From a candidate division Hyd24-12 bacterium UBA6080 (GTDB taxonomy: Bacteria; Fermentibacterota; Fermentibacteria; Fermentibacterales; JCC-6): 64,000 nucleotides of DNA. Location of the stretch: assembly GCA_002436025.1 (NCBI GenBank), contig DIXM01000002.1, positions 727,164-791,163 on the forward strand, given 5' to 3'. The notes beneath the pieces are model-generated. The model was not told the DNA's origin, did no database searches, and was given only the letters and a program-made list of their open reading frames with translations. Made by a program: the position numbers and the translations under genes. Positions 19,530-29,479 of the stretch are shown here, piece by piece. The number at the start of each line of letters is the position of its first letter. The stretch's first letter is position 1.

Positions 19530-20374
19530 TGCCGGGCACTGTATGCATAACCGTTGATGTGGAGGACTGGTTCCAGGCCGAAAACCTCAGGGCCGCCCAT
19601 CCTCCCCGCCTGTGGGACAGCCGGGAATCAAGGGTCGAAGCAAGCACGGGGCGCATACTGGATCTCCTCTCGGAAAGAATGGTTCCCGCGACTTTCTTTG
19701 TACTGGGCTGGATCGCCGAAAGAAAACCCGCACTGGTTCGGGCCATTGCCGACGCAGGTCACGAGGTTGCCTCTCACGGGTACGGGCACATCATGAACAA
19801 CCTCCTTTCCGAAGCGGAGTTGAAAAAGGACCTGTCGGAATCAAAGAAGATACTCGAGGATCTGACCGGGATGGAAGTAAAGGGTTACAGGGCACCCTGT
19901 TTCTCGGTATCAGACAGGCTTCTCGATTTTCTTTTCGAAGCTGGCTACCGTTACGACTCAAGCCTGAATCCCTTTTCGATTCACGACAGGTACGGTAAGC
20001 TCACATCGGCTAAAGCACCATCCGGTGCGTTCACCCACCATTCCGGGATGACCGAGTTCCCAATGCCCATGGAAAACTATATGGGTTTCGGGGTGCCGGT
20101 TTCAGGCGGAGGGTACTTCAGGTTCTTTTCGTACAGGTTTTTCAGAAGGATGGTGATCAGGCATCTTGAAAGAACCGGGCTGTACATTTTCTACATGCAC
20201 CCCTGGGAGGTGGACCCCGACCAGCCCCGCACCCGGCTCCGCAACCCGGGGCACCGGTTCAGGCATTACTATGGCTTATCGAAAACCCTGGGAAAGCTCG
20301 GAAAGCTCATTGACCTGCCCGGGGAGAAGAAGAGGCTCGGGCAGCTGCTTCCCCCCTCACCTGTCCTTTCCTGA
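19529..20374 (+). CDS. Polysaccharide deacetylase family protein (DUF3473 / PEP-CTERM-locus-type)
   Basis: N-terminal ITVDVEDWFQ motif and NodB-like fold features; start overlaps the formyltransferase stop. Confidence 0.65.
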   Translation: MPGTVCITVDVEDWFQAENLRAAHPPRLWDSRESRVEASTGRILDLLSERMVPATFFVLGWIAERKPALVRAIADAGHEVASHGYGHIMNNLLSEAELKKDLSESKKILEDLTGMEVKGYRAPCFSVSDRLLDFLFEAGYRYDSSLNPFSIHDRYGKLTSAKAPSGAFTHHSGMTEFPMPMENYMGFGVPVSGGGYFRFFSYRFFRRMVIRHLERTGLYIFYMHPWEVDPDQPRTRLRNPGHRFRHYYGLSKTLGKLGKLIDLPGEKKRLGQLLPPSPVLS

Positions 20375-21748
20375 CCGGAAGAACACCCTGGGCATCGGGA
20401 ATCGGACCTTGTTCCAGAACAGAAGCCTTCTCAGAACCACTGAAACCTCAACCGAATCAGGTTCTTCCACGAACTTGAGGGGGATCTCGGCTGAAAGCCT
20501 GGCAACCGACGAAGCCAGGAAAAGGACCTGCATCGGGTGGAGCGAGAGCCCCAGTATCCGCAGCGGTTCAGGCATGAACACCCCCGAAGCAAGCATCGTA
20601 AAGATCATCGCAAGACCGCAGACCGCACTGTAAAGACCGCTGTAGGCCTGCTCCCTGCCTTTGGGCGCGACGGCCAGGACCAGGTTCGCGGTGACGACTC
20701 CCACACAGCCCCACATGCTGCCCGATGCTGCAGCTTCAAAAACAAGCAGCCACCTGGTTTCCCTGGTGACGAACAGCCAGACCAGAGGGATGAAAGTTCC
20801 GGCGATGATGGCCAGTTTCATCGCGGACTTGTTGCCGTAACGGTCGATAAGCCTGCCCCAGTACTTCAGGGTCAGGACTGCCCCGGCAGTGCTCACCGCC
20901 CCGTAGAGAAGCATCTCAACGAGGCCCATGCCAAGGATCTGTATCATGAAGGGCTGCCAGAAGGGCGCACCCACCCCGACCGCCATCATCCACCACGCCC
21001 CGAAGAAACAGAGCTTTCTGAAGTTGCGGTCTTTCAGGGGTTCAAGTACGGTGCTTTTCAGGGTATCGGAGTTTTCCGGCTCCATGCGTTCGGGCTGTCG
21101 GCGCAGTATGACGAGTCCCGCGATACCGAGGATCCCGGCCGTGACAAAGGTAGCCAGAAGGGCGTTGGGCAGCCCGTCCGGGGAAAGGCCGAACAAGCCG
21201 GCGACAACCGCTCCGGCTCCGGTGGGCGGAGTTGCGTAGGCATCGAGCCACATTCCGAAGGCGAAGCTGACGATGAGCCCGAAGGTCATGAGCACGGCAT
21301 TCCTCTTCGCGAAGAACCGGCCTCTGATCTTTCTGGGCACCATGTGCGCGATCCATCCCATCCACATGTTGGTCGAGACGGCGAGAATCGACGTTATCAG
21401 GAAAAAAACGATGAGAACCCCCGGCAGAGCCAGGGATCGGGGAAGAAGAAGGGGTGCAAGCCCGAGCAGGGGTGTGAGTGACCTTCCCGCAGCCGCCCAG
21501 CCGATGACCCTCTGTTTTTTGAGGGTACTGCCGCGTCCGGCAATGATTCCAAGGGGCTGAAAGAGCATGGAGACCTGGCCAATGGCGGAAAGAAGGCTGA
21601 AGTGCAGCGGACCAGCCCCGAGGAATACCAGCAGCCTGGTGAGGAAGGCCGACCCGGGTCCGGCCAGACTGCCGTAGACCTGTGAGAAGACACCCTCGGT
21701 GATGGAGATGCGGAATGTCCGGCGGAGTTCACTCTGTTTTGCCTGCAT
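20357..21748 (-). CDS. MFS transporter
   Basis: 12-TM profile with GxLaDRxGxR-like loop (LIDRYGNK). Start taken at MQAKQ; the longer ORF to 22033 is probably an artefact. Confidence 0.65.
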   Translation of the reverse strand: MQAKQSELRRTFRISITEGVFSQVYGSLAGPGSAFLTRLLVFLGAGPLHFSLLSAIGQVSMLFQPLGIIAGRGSTLKKQRVIGWAAAGRSLTPLLGLAPLLLPRSLALPGVLIVFFLITSILAVSTNMWMGWIAHMVPRKIRGRFFAKRNAVLMTFGLIVSFAFGMWLDAYATPPTGAGAVVAGLFGLSPDGLPNALLATFVTAGILGIAGLVILRRQPERMEPENSDTLKSTVLEPLKDRNFRKLCFFGAWWMMAVGVGAPFWQPFMIQILGMGLVEMLLYGAVSTAGAVLTLKYWGRLIDRYGNKSAMKLAIIAGTFIPLVWLFVTRETRWLLVFEAAASGSMWGCVGVVTANLVLAVAPKGREQAYSGLYSAVCGLAMIFTMLASGVFMPEPLRILGLSLHPMQVLFLASSVARLSAEIPLKFVEEPDSVEVSVVLRRLLFWNKVRFPMPRVFFRSGKDR

Positions 21749-21860
21749 GAACCAAACATACGCTTTGCCCGGATGACCGTGTTGATCCCGTATATTCCAG
21801 GCATCGGTCTTCCCACTGGCACTGCCGGCCTTCAAACGGATGGAAAAAGAGGAACCACAC

Positions 21861-22664
21861 ATGAGCCCCGACACTGCAGATACAAAGGCCATTGGCCTTG
21901 GAACCGACTCAGTCGCCCACAGGATACTTGTTCTTTCAGGCAAGGGCGGTGTGGGAAAAAGCACCGTAGCGGTCAACCTGGCGGTTTCCCTCTCGATGCA
22001 GGGCAAAAGCGTTGGCCTTCTTGATGTGGACATTCACGGACCCAGTGTTCCCATGATGCTCGGACTTGGGCTCGAGGGTGTCGAGACGAGGGATGAGGTC
22101 CTCATTCCAGTTGAGTGCGCGGGGCTGAAGGTCATGAGCGTCGGTTTCCTTTTGAGGAACACCGACGACGCCCTCATATGGCGGGGCCCCATGAAGATGA
22201 ACCTCATAAACCAGTTCGTGAAGCAGGTCGAATGGGGGAATCTCGACTACCTTGTCGTTGACTGCCCTCCCGGAACCGGCGACGAGCCGCTGTCCGTCGT
22301 TCAGCTCCTTGAAAGGGTCGACGGAGCCATTATCGTCACCACTCCCCAGAAGGTTGCAGCGGCGGACGTGAGGAAATCGGTCGACTTCTGTCTGAAACTT
22401 GGTGTGCCTGTCTTGGGAGTTGTGGAGAACATGAGCGGTTTCGCCTGCCCCAGGTGCGGCGAGGTCACCCAGATCTTCCGGGGCACGGGTGGCGAGGACA
22501 CGGCCAGGGCATACTCCGTTCCCTTCCTGGGCAGGATTCCCATCGATCCGGCCATAGTGGAATCGGGCGACGACGGCAGACCCTTCGTTTACCATTACGG
22601 CAAATCCGCCACGGCGAAGGCCATGGAAGCAGTGGCCGAGCCGGTCCTTGCCCTGTCGGACTGA
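21861..22664 (+). CDS. apbC: Fe-S cluster carrier ATPase Mrp/ApbC/NBP35
   Basis: ILVLSGKGGVGKSTVAVNLA P-loop and CPRCGEVTQIF cysteine motif. Confidence 0.9.
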   Translation: MSPDTADTKAIGLGTDSVAHRILVLSGKGGVGKSTVAVNLAVSLSMQGKSVGLLDVDIHGPSVPMMLGLGLEGVETRDEVLIPVECAGLKVMSVGFLLRNTDDALIWRGPMKMNLINQFVKQVEWGNLDYLVVDCPPGTGDEPLSVVQLLERVDGAIIVTTPQKVAAADVRKSVDFCLKLGVPVLGVVENMSGFACPRCGEVTQIFRGTGGEDTARAYSVPFLGRIPIDPAIVESGDDGRPFVYHYGKSATAKAMEAVAEPVLALSD

Positions 22665-22675
22665 TTCCAGTCCTG

Positions 22676-23434
22676 ATGGAGTTCGTTCTGGCGTTCGAGC
22701 TTTTTCTGGGCGGGCTGTCAAGCCCGGACGGCCTCGCTCTGGCATCCGACGGCACAGTATTCGTATCCGAGGAGGCTTCAGGCAGTGTCAGGGGGATAAC
22801 GCCCGACGGCACGGTCTTCACGGCCATGATGGATCTCGACAGCCCCGAAGGCATCGCATGGCACCCCGATCTGGGCATCCTGGCTGTCGAGGACGTTCCA
22901 CGGGGCAGGCTCGTGTCCTCCGTCGAAGGTGTGCTTTCGAGGAGGATCCCGAACCCCGAGGGGGTCGCGGTAAGCGTTCAGGGTGATGTGTTCTACACAT
23001 GGGCCAGGATGGGAGGGCCGACGGGCATATGCAGGTGGACCCCCCAGGGTCCCGATTCCGTCGTGACGCTGCCCCGCGGCTTCATGCTCTCCGGGCTCAC
23101 GGTTGGCCCCGACGGCAACCTTTACGCATGCAACGAGACTCCCATCTCCGGGCTTCTTGTGAGCGTGATCGCGGTCTGTCCCCGAACCGGTGTCTGGCTG
23201 CCTTTCGCTGGCGGTATTCCGTCGGCTGAGGGGCTTCGTTTCTCCCTTGAGGACAGAACGCTGATCGTCGTCAGCGAGGAACTCGGATCCCTTTTCGCCA
23301 TATCGCCCGAAGGGGCGACATCGGAGGCGGCCTCCGGTTTCGGTTCGATCGAAGACGTCATCTTCCTGCCCTGCGGTGACATGCTGGTGACGGACGACAG
23401 CGCGGGAAGCATTTTCAGGGTTCCGGCGCCATGA
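22676..23434 (+). CDS. SMP-30/gluconolactonase/NHL-repeat-like beta-propeller protein
   Basis: Repeated motifs (SPDGLALASDGTVFVSE, SPEGIAWHPD, GPDGNLYAC, SAEGLRF) typical of SGL/NHL propellers. Confidence 0.5.
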   Translation: MEFVLAFELFLGGLSSPDGLALASDGTVFVSEEASGSVRGITPDGTVFTAMMDLDSPEGIAWHPDLGILAVEDVPRGRLVSSVEGVLSRRIPNPEGVAVSVQGDVFYTWARMGGPTGICRWTPQGPDSVVTLPRGFMLSGLTVGPDGNLYACNETPISGLLVSVIAVCPRTGVWLPFAGGIPSAEGLRFSLEDRTLIVVSEELGSLFAISPEGATSEAASGFGSIEDVIFLPCGDMLVTDDSAGSIFRVPAP

Positions 23435-24846
23435 CCCATCATTACAAGCCCGGGAGTTACAGGGAGATCCTCGGCGTAGCTTTCCCGGTCATTGCCGGGA
23501 TGGCTGCCCAGACCGTGATGATGTTCTGCGACAGGATGTTCCTGGCCAGACACAGCGTATGGGAGCTTCAGGCCGCCCTTCCCGCGGGGATTCTCGCTTT
23601 CACGCTGATCTGTCTTTTTCAGGGCGCGGCGGGTTACGCCTCAACCTTCGTGAGTCAAAATCACGGGGCGGGCAACTCAAGGGGGGTGGCCGTGTCCTAC
23701 GCCCAGGGGGTGTTCATCGCCCTGTTCTCGGCTCCCCTGCTTCTGGCCCTCTCAATTCCCGGCCGGTTGATCCTCGATCTTGGCGGTCATGATCCCCATG
23801 TACTCGACCTCGAGGTCACATACTTCCGCTGGATGATGGCGGCGGGAGTGGGCGCCACGCTCAACGCCGGGGCGGCTTCCCTCTGGAGCGGCCTTGGAAG
23901 GACCACCTTCACGATGGTAGCGGGAATGGCCGGCGCTGCACTCAACATCCTTCTGGACTGGATCCTCATCTTCGGCAATCTCGGGTTCCCCGAGATGGGA
24001 ATCGAAGGGGCCGGGCTTGCCACTGCGATAAGCTCCTTCGTCCCCGGGATCATCCTCATAACACTATCTTTGAGAGGAAGGGTCTCCCGTGAGTTCCCGA
24101 TACGGGAGAACTTACGACCCAACGGTGCCCAGGTCCGGAAGACCCTGAGGTACGGGCTTCCCGCAGCTGCCAGTGTCTTCATGGATGTGGCAAGTTTCTC
24201 CGTGTTCGTCTTCCTTACCGGAAGGCTTACCCCGGTGGAGTTCACGGCAAGCAACATAGCCTTCGGCGTCAACAACCTGGCCTTTCACCCCCTGCTCGGG
24301 TTCGGCATAACCACCACTATCCTCGTGGGCCGCTACCAGGGAGGAAGGAACCCGGCAATGGCAGGAAGGGTCACGAGACGCACGCTGCTGGTGGCACTGC
24401 TGTACTTCTCTCTCATCGCAGCTACATTCCTCATCCTGCCCGGCATGTACATGACCCTTTTCCGGAGCCCCGAGACGGAAGTGCCCTTCGACCAGCTTTT
24501 GGCAACCGGAACGACTCTTTTGGCCATCCTTTGCCTGTGGGGAGGCTTCGACGCGGTGAGCCTGATGCTCGGGGGGGCGCTGAGGGGGGCGGGCGACACC
24601 AAGTTCGTGATGATCCTCTCATCGTGTCTTGGGTGGCTGTTCTGGATACCGGGCATCTTCCTCCTTTACCAGAGCCCCGGGATGAGTGTTGTCACTCTGT
24701 GGCTTTTCACGACACTTTATGTGGCCCTGCTGGCCCTCGGTTACTTTCTCCGTTACAGGAAGGGCCCCTGGAGGACGATGGTCATGGTGGAACAGGAGCC
24801 CCCGTGTCTCTCCGTACCAGTAACCGAGCCTGCAGGCAGAGGGTGA
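23431..24846 (+). CDS. MATE family efflux transporter
   Basis: 12-TM, 471 aa, typical MATE N-terminus (ILGVAFPVIAGMAAQTVMMFCDRMFLARHS). Confidence 0.75.
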   Translation: MTHHYKPGSYREILGVAFPVIAGMAAQTVMMFCDRMFLARHSVWELQAALPAGILAFTLICLFQGAAGYASTFVSQNHGAGNSRGVAVSYAQGVFIALFSAPLLLALSIPGRLILDLGGHDPHVLDLEVTYFRWMMAAGVGATLNAGAASLWSGLGRTTFTMVAGMAGAALNILLDWILIFGNLGFPEMGIEGAGLATAISSFVPGIILITLSLRGRVSREFPIRENLRPNGAQVRKTLRYGLPAAASVFMDVASFSVFVFLTGRLTPVEFTASNIAFGVNNLAFHPLLGFGITTTILVGRYQGGRNPAMAGRVTRRTLLVALLYFSLIAATFLILPGMYMTLFRSPETEVPFDQLLATGTTLLAILCLWGGFDAVSLMLGGALRGAGDTKFVMILSSCLGWLFWIPGIFLLYQSPGMSVVTLWLFTTLYVALLALGYFLRYRKGPWRTMVMVEQEPPCLSVPVTEPAGRG

Positions 24847-24903
24847 TGGAACGAAGCCGGGCTTTCCGGTGTATCTGATTCAAACCACCCTTCAGGAGGA
24901 GTT

Positions 24904-25446
24904 ATGCACCAGCTTCTATTCATGGCCATGATCGCGGGAACCGTTACAGTAGGGGAGAACGAGTATCCCCTTTCCGAGCCCCTCTGCGGGGGTTGAGGCT
25001 CGTCAACGATACACTGCCAGTTGGTGGTGCCGTCTGAAGAGCTTCCGGGTCCCTTGACCATCACGGGGTTTGCATTCCACAAAGGCCCCACGGGCGCCCG
25101 GAGCGCCACAGTATCGGAAGCGGCAGTGTTCATAGGCATCGCGGGAGGTGATGAACTGGGTCCTGAATTTCAGGCAAACAGGGTATCCCCGACCAGGGTC
25201 ATCAGCAGCGAAAGACTGACTGTCACCGCTGACGAGGACGGAATGGTGACCTTCACCTTCGATACGCCCTGGGAGTATGAGGATGGTGATATCCTCCTTG
25301 AGCTCAGGTTTGAAGGGGTATCAGGCTATCTTTACGTGTTCGGATGGACAGCGCCGGGCCGAAGGTACCTTTCAAGCGGGGATCTCACGGCTGAACGGGG
25401 TACGGTCTCGGAGAACCTGCCGGTCGTGACTCTGATAACGGAGTGA
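24904..25446 (+). CDS. Small protein, paralog 3 of the 4248/4885 family, with in-frame TGA at 24994-24996 in a CGG-TGA motif: candidate selenoprotein
   Basis: AGGAGG RBS then ATG 24904. MHQLLFMAMIAGTVTVGENEYPLSEPLCGG-TGA-GSSTIHCQLVVPSEE..., continuing in frame as ORF 25021-25446. N-terminal TVTVG..EPLC..TGA aligns with paralog 2. Hairpin after the TGA. Confidence 0.55.
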
Positions 25447-25485
25447 ACCTTCCCCGAAGGTTGCGTCCAGGATTGAAGGGGTGCC

Positions 25486-26244
25486 GTGAAGGAGTGTATC
25501 AAGAGCTCTTTAAGGAGCGCAGGGGCCTTTGACGTCGGCATCGCATCGCCCCTGGCCGGTTACGACAGGGCCGTTGCCGGTTACAGCCCCCGGGAGATAT
25601 GGCCCCCCTGCAGGTCCATAGTTGTTTTTGCGGTGGCCATGACACCCTGGTCGAACAATACGTTCGTCGGACCCCTGGCGCCCGGTGAGGGTCCGCGCCC
25701 GCTGGGTCCTGTTCCCTCCACTGTCTGTTCCGACCGCTATGCAATGAACAGGCTTGCGCGTCAGATAGCTGCTCCGGTGACTCTGGCCGCCCTTGCCTTC
25801 CTGGAACAGAGCGGTCACGCATCAAGCCTCAGGACCGTTCAGTGCAAACTGAACGGGTACCTTGCCGGACTTGGTGTTTACGGGAAGTCGGGCCTCCTGA
25901 TCCATCCGGTTCTTGGTAACAGGATGTGCCTTGGCGCTGTGATGACCGATGCGGAAATGGAGCCGGACAGCCCCCTTGTGGGCTTTGATCCATGCCGGGA
26001 TTGTTCCCTGTGCATCGATGCCTGCCCGGCGAAGGCCTTCAGCCCCGGGAAGGATTACCCCGGATCATGGTCCCGCGAAGCCTGCACGAAGAAAAGGGCC
26101 AAAATGGAGGCCAGGGGTTTCTACTGCCACACCTGTTACGCAGTTTGCCCCGCGGGAACGATCCCCGACGATGATCTTCTGAGCATCACCGAGATAAGGT
26201 CGCTTTCCCCGAAGACCACCGGGCGTCACTCCCTCCAGCGGTAA
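25486..26244 (+). CDS. 4Fe-4S dicluster domain protein (QueG/RdhA-like ferredoxin domain)
   Basis: CRDCSLCIDACP and CHTCYAVCP cluster-binding motifs. Confidence 0.5.
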   Translation: MKECIKSSLRSAGAFDVGIASPLAGYDRAVAGYSPREIWPPCRSIVVFAVAMTPWSNNTFVGPLAPGEGPRPLGPVPSTVCSDRYAMNRLARQIAAPVTLAALAFLEQSGHASSLRTVQCKLNGYLAGLGVYGKSGLLIHPVLGNRMCLGAVMTDAEMEPDSPLVGFDPCRDCSLCIDACPAKAFSPGKDYPGSWSREACTKKRAKMEARGFYCHTCYAVCPAGTIPDDDLLSITEIRSLSPKTTGRHSLQR

Positions 26245-27083
26245 ACCCTCAGGGGACGGGGAAAGAAGCCGTTTTCCCGAAGCACGCAGATGTGGGGACC
26301 GTCGAACCACGACTGGATGACAAGGTCATCCGCATCGAGAAGGCCCGATACGCCGCAATCCCGATAAAACACCGATACCTGTGACCCGAAGTGCAGGATG
26401 TCGCCGGGGGAAAGCCCTCCGGCTCCCACTGGCATGGCCTTTCCATCACCGTTCATGTACAGCTCGATCCCTGACGGGCTTCCGGGGCTGAACTGCCCGC
26501 TCTCCAGGCTGTCAAGATATCTCAGGATGCCTGAAGGTCCAAGATACTCCACCCGGTATCCCATCCGTCTGCGACCGTACACGGCCAATGCAGCGCAGTC
26601 GGTTCCCAGCCGGGAATCGGCCTGGTGGCTGCCCCCCGGGGTAAGCCTGGGGGCCATTATGAATGGCGTGTTGATGAGCTCCATGAGGAATCCGATGTAA
26701 GAGTCGTCAGTTCGCACAGCGATCTGGACCATGCGGCCCGAGAACTCCAGATTTGGGGGTTCCACGAACCATGCCGTGTCCCGGGGAAGGCTGTCGGGAA
26801 GGCTGGTGCCAAGGTAGAAGACGCCTTCGTCAGGGACAATGAGATGCTCGTCCGTCCCGAGAGTCCGCGAAACGTATCCCAGGGGGTCAACCCCCAGACC
26901 CGCCGGCGCCCCTCCCGGTATCATGTTGCCGTAGGAGTGTCTCACGGGCTCGATAAGTATCCAGACGCAGTCTTTTGCCAGTGAAAGCGTGTCACCGCGG
27001 CGGATCAGAAGTTCCGACGGTAACTCTGCCGGACCTATGGGATGGAGCGCCGCGAGTAAAACCGCAAGTGCGAAGCCTACCAC
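26226..27083 (-). CDS. Hypothetical secreted protein
   Basis: Signal-like N-terminus MVGFALAVLLAAL; no confident domain. Confidence 0.35.
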   Translation of the reverse strand: MVGFALAVLLAALHPIGPAELPSELLIRRGDTLSLAKDCVWILIEPVRHSYGNMIPGGAPAGLGVDPLGYVSRTLGTDEHLIVPDEGVFYLGTSLPDSLPRDTAWFVEPPNLEFSGRMVQIAVRTDDSYIGFLMELINTPFIMAPRLTPGGSHQADSRLGTDCAALAVYGRRRMGYRVEYLGPSGILRYLDSLESGQFSPGSPSGIELYMNGDGKAMPVGAGGLSPGDILHFGSQVSVFYRDCGVSGLLDADDLVIQSWFDGPHICVLRENGFFPRPLRVYRWRE

Positions 27084-28345
27084 TCCGAGAGCACCATCTC
27101 AGAGATGCACAGGTCGCCGTATAGCCGGCCCGGGTGGACGCTTGTGATCTCGACGCTCAGGGAATCGACAGGGCCGGGCATTCCGGTTTGGTAGATCACC
27201 TGAGCCGCCTCGGCAAGGGGGGCGTTGCCCGGATACTCCTGATCGGGCAGTTCGCACTCCCACTGGTCAACGCACGTGCCCCGAAGGAAAAGCTTTACGC
27301 GGACCCCCCTCACCCTCGCGTTGTCATTCCAGGCTTCCTCGCTTTTGGCGTAGCCTCCGATGATGGCCACACAACCCAGGTCAGTTTCGGCGAGTTCAAC
27401 GCCCATCCACGGGACCGGGCCGGCCTCGTGCAGCGGGACCGCCCATGCGGTGTTTCGGTTTGAATCGAACATGTTTCCGGCCTCGTAGGTGTTCCCGCCC
27501 ACGGGAGCCAGGATTTCGCACGATGACAGCCCCCGAATGCTCTCCCGGGGAACCGCGAGTCTCCTCATGTCGTCCGAACGCTTCCATGTCCCGGGATCGT
27601 AGACGACCTCCAGAGGCTTGGCGGAGGCAAGGTCGAAGCCTGCCGCGGTGATCCTGTAGATCCCGGGTTCGCCCCATTCACCGGTTTCCGGGAGCGATAC
27701 CACCTCGCCGCCGTTCTCCAACAGCTGCCGGAAGTCCATTACGCAGGAGAACTCATCGGCCCTCCCGTCTCCCCATCTGCCCGACGGGTCGAGAAGGTAC
27801 CGGAAGTACCTGTATGAGTAGTCGAAGAAGAATCCCTTGGAGGTTTCCCAGTCCATGAAACAGGGGCGAACACTGTAACTCACCTCAAGGGTGGTCTCCG
27901 AGCCGGCTTCAAGGCAGAGTTCAGCTGGAAGCCATGTCCTGAGAGCTGTTCCGCTGTGCATCATTCCCTCGATCTCGAGGAGAAGGGTGTCCTCCGCGAG
28001 CGGGGAGCCCGGTGAGAGCTCCACGCCGTTCGCCGTGATCCGAAACCCGACGATGTCATCCTCCTCCGACTCGAACTCGCCCGAGATGAAACGGTCCACA
28101 GGAAAGCAGTAAATGAGTTCCACCGCGTCACCGTCGTTTCGAAGGAGGTAGACCGCTTTGACCGCAACATGGTCAAGCTCCACGGCAATAAGAAGTTCCT
28201 CCGACAGCAGCCTCACATCGGGGTGGTTCTGAAGCCTCAGGTTTCCGGTTGCTGCGATATGGGACATGTCCACCGGCCCGCCGTTGCCCCATGTGGCGGA
28301 GGAGAGGAACATCAGTGCGGCAAGCGTCATGTTTCGTGCGATCAT
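27077..28345 (-). CDS. Hypothetical secreted protein (DUF4424-like N-terminal region)
   Basis: Signal peptide MTLAALMFLSSATWG; 422 aa, no confident family. Confidence 0.35.
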   Translation of the reverse strand: MIARNMTLAALMFLSSATWGNGGPVDMSHIAATGNLRLQNHPDVRLLSEELLIAVELDHVAVKAVYLLRNDGDAVELIYCFPVDRFISGEFESEEDDIVGFRITANGVELSPGSPLAEDTLLLEIEGMMHSGTALRTWLPAELCLEAGSETTLEVSYSVRPCFMDWETSKGFFFDYSYRYFRYLLDPSGRWGDGRADEFSCVMDFRQLLENGGEVVSLPETGEWGEPGIYRITAAGFDLASAKPLEVVYDPGTWKRSDDMRRLAVPRESIRGLSSCEILAPVGGNTYEAGNMFDSNRNTAWAVPLHEAGPVPWMGVELAETDLGCVAIIGGYAKSEEAWNDNARVRGVRVKLFLRGTCVDQWECELPDQEYPGNAPLAEAAQVIYQTGMPGPVDSLSVEITSVHPGRLYGDLCISEMVLSEW

Positions 28346-28375
28346 CTCTCACAAGCCCCTTTGCGCGACGGTTTG

Positions 28376-29467
28376 TCAGTTTTGAAGCAGTTCCGCGGCG
28401 GTCCGTGTGGCCGGAAGGAACCACAGGTTGCCGCTGCCCCATCTGTCATGGAAAAGGATGCCCGTGCACGGTTCGGACGGCATGGGTCTTGCGGTCAGGT
28501 GCCTGATCTCTTCAGGCATGTGCACCGGTATACCGCCGGGTACGGCGCTGAATGTCTCCCAGTCCACATCCCCAAGCACCAGGTTTCCGCTTCCGTTGCT
28601 TTCATAAAGGAACCTTCCGTCCGGCAGCCATGACACCACATCCCAGGTTCCGGACGGGCAGGGCACGAACGAACCATCCACCCGGAGAAGCCCCTGCCTT
28701 TCCCCAATGGTTATCAGGAACGCATCCTCGGTTACCCAGCCATGAACCCTGCACTCGCCACCCGGAACACGGAAAAAACCCGCCACCCCCCCTGTAACGA
28801 GGTTGCTGAACGTGTGTTCTGCGTACCAGTTGTTCTCAAGCCTCACCCAGTCACTGTACGGGCACTTCCAGAAGCCGTCGGAGATGTCCAGATCAGGGGT
28901 GAGGCTCCTGTTTCCAGTTGAAAGCGAAATCGTGTTCACCGGCTCCATTGCGAATCTTCCCGAATCGCTCCGAATGAGTGCCGAGTAAGCCCCGGGAGTC
29001 GGTTCGCAGTCGAACATCGGCCCGCCCACGATGAACCGTGAGTCTGTGGTGAACGCGTAATCGGGTCCGCCCCCTGCCGCCACGCTCACCGCCACCGGTG
29101 TTGCTCCCGAACCGTCGGGCCGGCTCAGTATCACCAGGATGACGCTTCTCATTCCGTCGTAACCTTCGGGAAACCCGAAACGATCGGGAGCGTAGACCCC
29201 CTTCAGGATCAGCAGGTGGTTGCCGTCAGGACTAAGTTCAGTGGCGAAGATGTATCCGTCATCCTCCCAGCCGTCCTCCCCGGGTGACCATGAAGGTGCC
29301 CATGGGCGTGTGAAGCCAGTGTTCAGGTTCAGCGTGTATCCGGCGCCTTCTCCGTCGATGAGAAGCACTGTAGCTCTGTCGAGGGGAACGACAGAAACAA
29401 CATCCTCCGCCACCAGGACCGGTTCGAGGTAGACTCCCAGCACAAGAAGCATCAGCACCATGAGCAT
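28376..29467 (-). CDS. Hypothetical secreted beta-propeller-like protein
   Basis: Signal peptide MLMVLMLLVLGVYL; repeats with SPDG motifs. Confidence 0.35.
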   Translation of the reverse strand: MLMVLMLLVLGVYLEPVLVAEDVVSVVPLDRATVLLIDGEGAGYTLNLNTGFTRPWAPSWSPGEDGWEDDGYIFATELSPDGNHLLILKGVYAPDRFGFPEGYDGMRSVILVILSRPDGSGATPVAVSVAAGGGPDYAFTTDSRFIVGGPMFDCEPTPGAYSALIRSDSGRFAMEPVNTISLSTGNRSLTPDLDISDGFWKCPYSDWVRLENNWYAEHTFSNLVTGGVAGFFRVPGGECRVHGWVTEDAFLITIGERQGLLRVDGSFVPCPSGTWDVVSWLPDGRFLYESNGSGNLVLGDVDWETFSAVPGGIPVHMPEEIRHLTARPMPSEPCTGILFHDRWGSGNLWFLPATRTAAELLQN

Positions 29468-29479
29468 CCCCCCTGTCTC

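Noticed and set aside
22454-22675. N-terminal extension of ORF 22454-23434 overlapping apbC
   Set aside because: The Arg/Gly/His-rich extension overlaps the apbC coding sequence in another frame. The true start is ATG 22676, right after the apbC stop.
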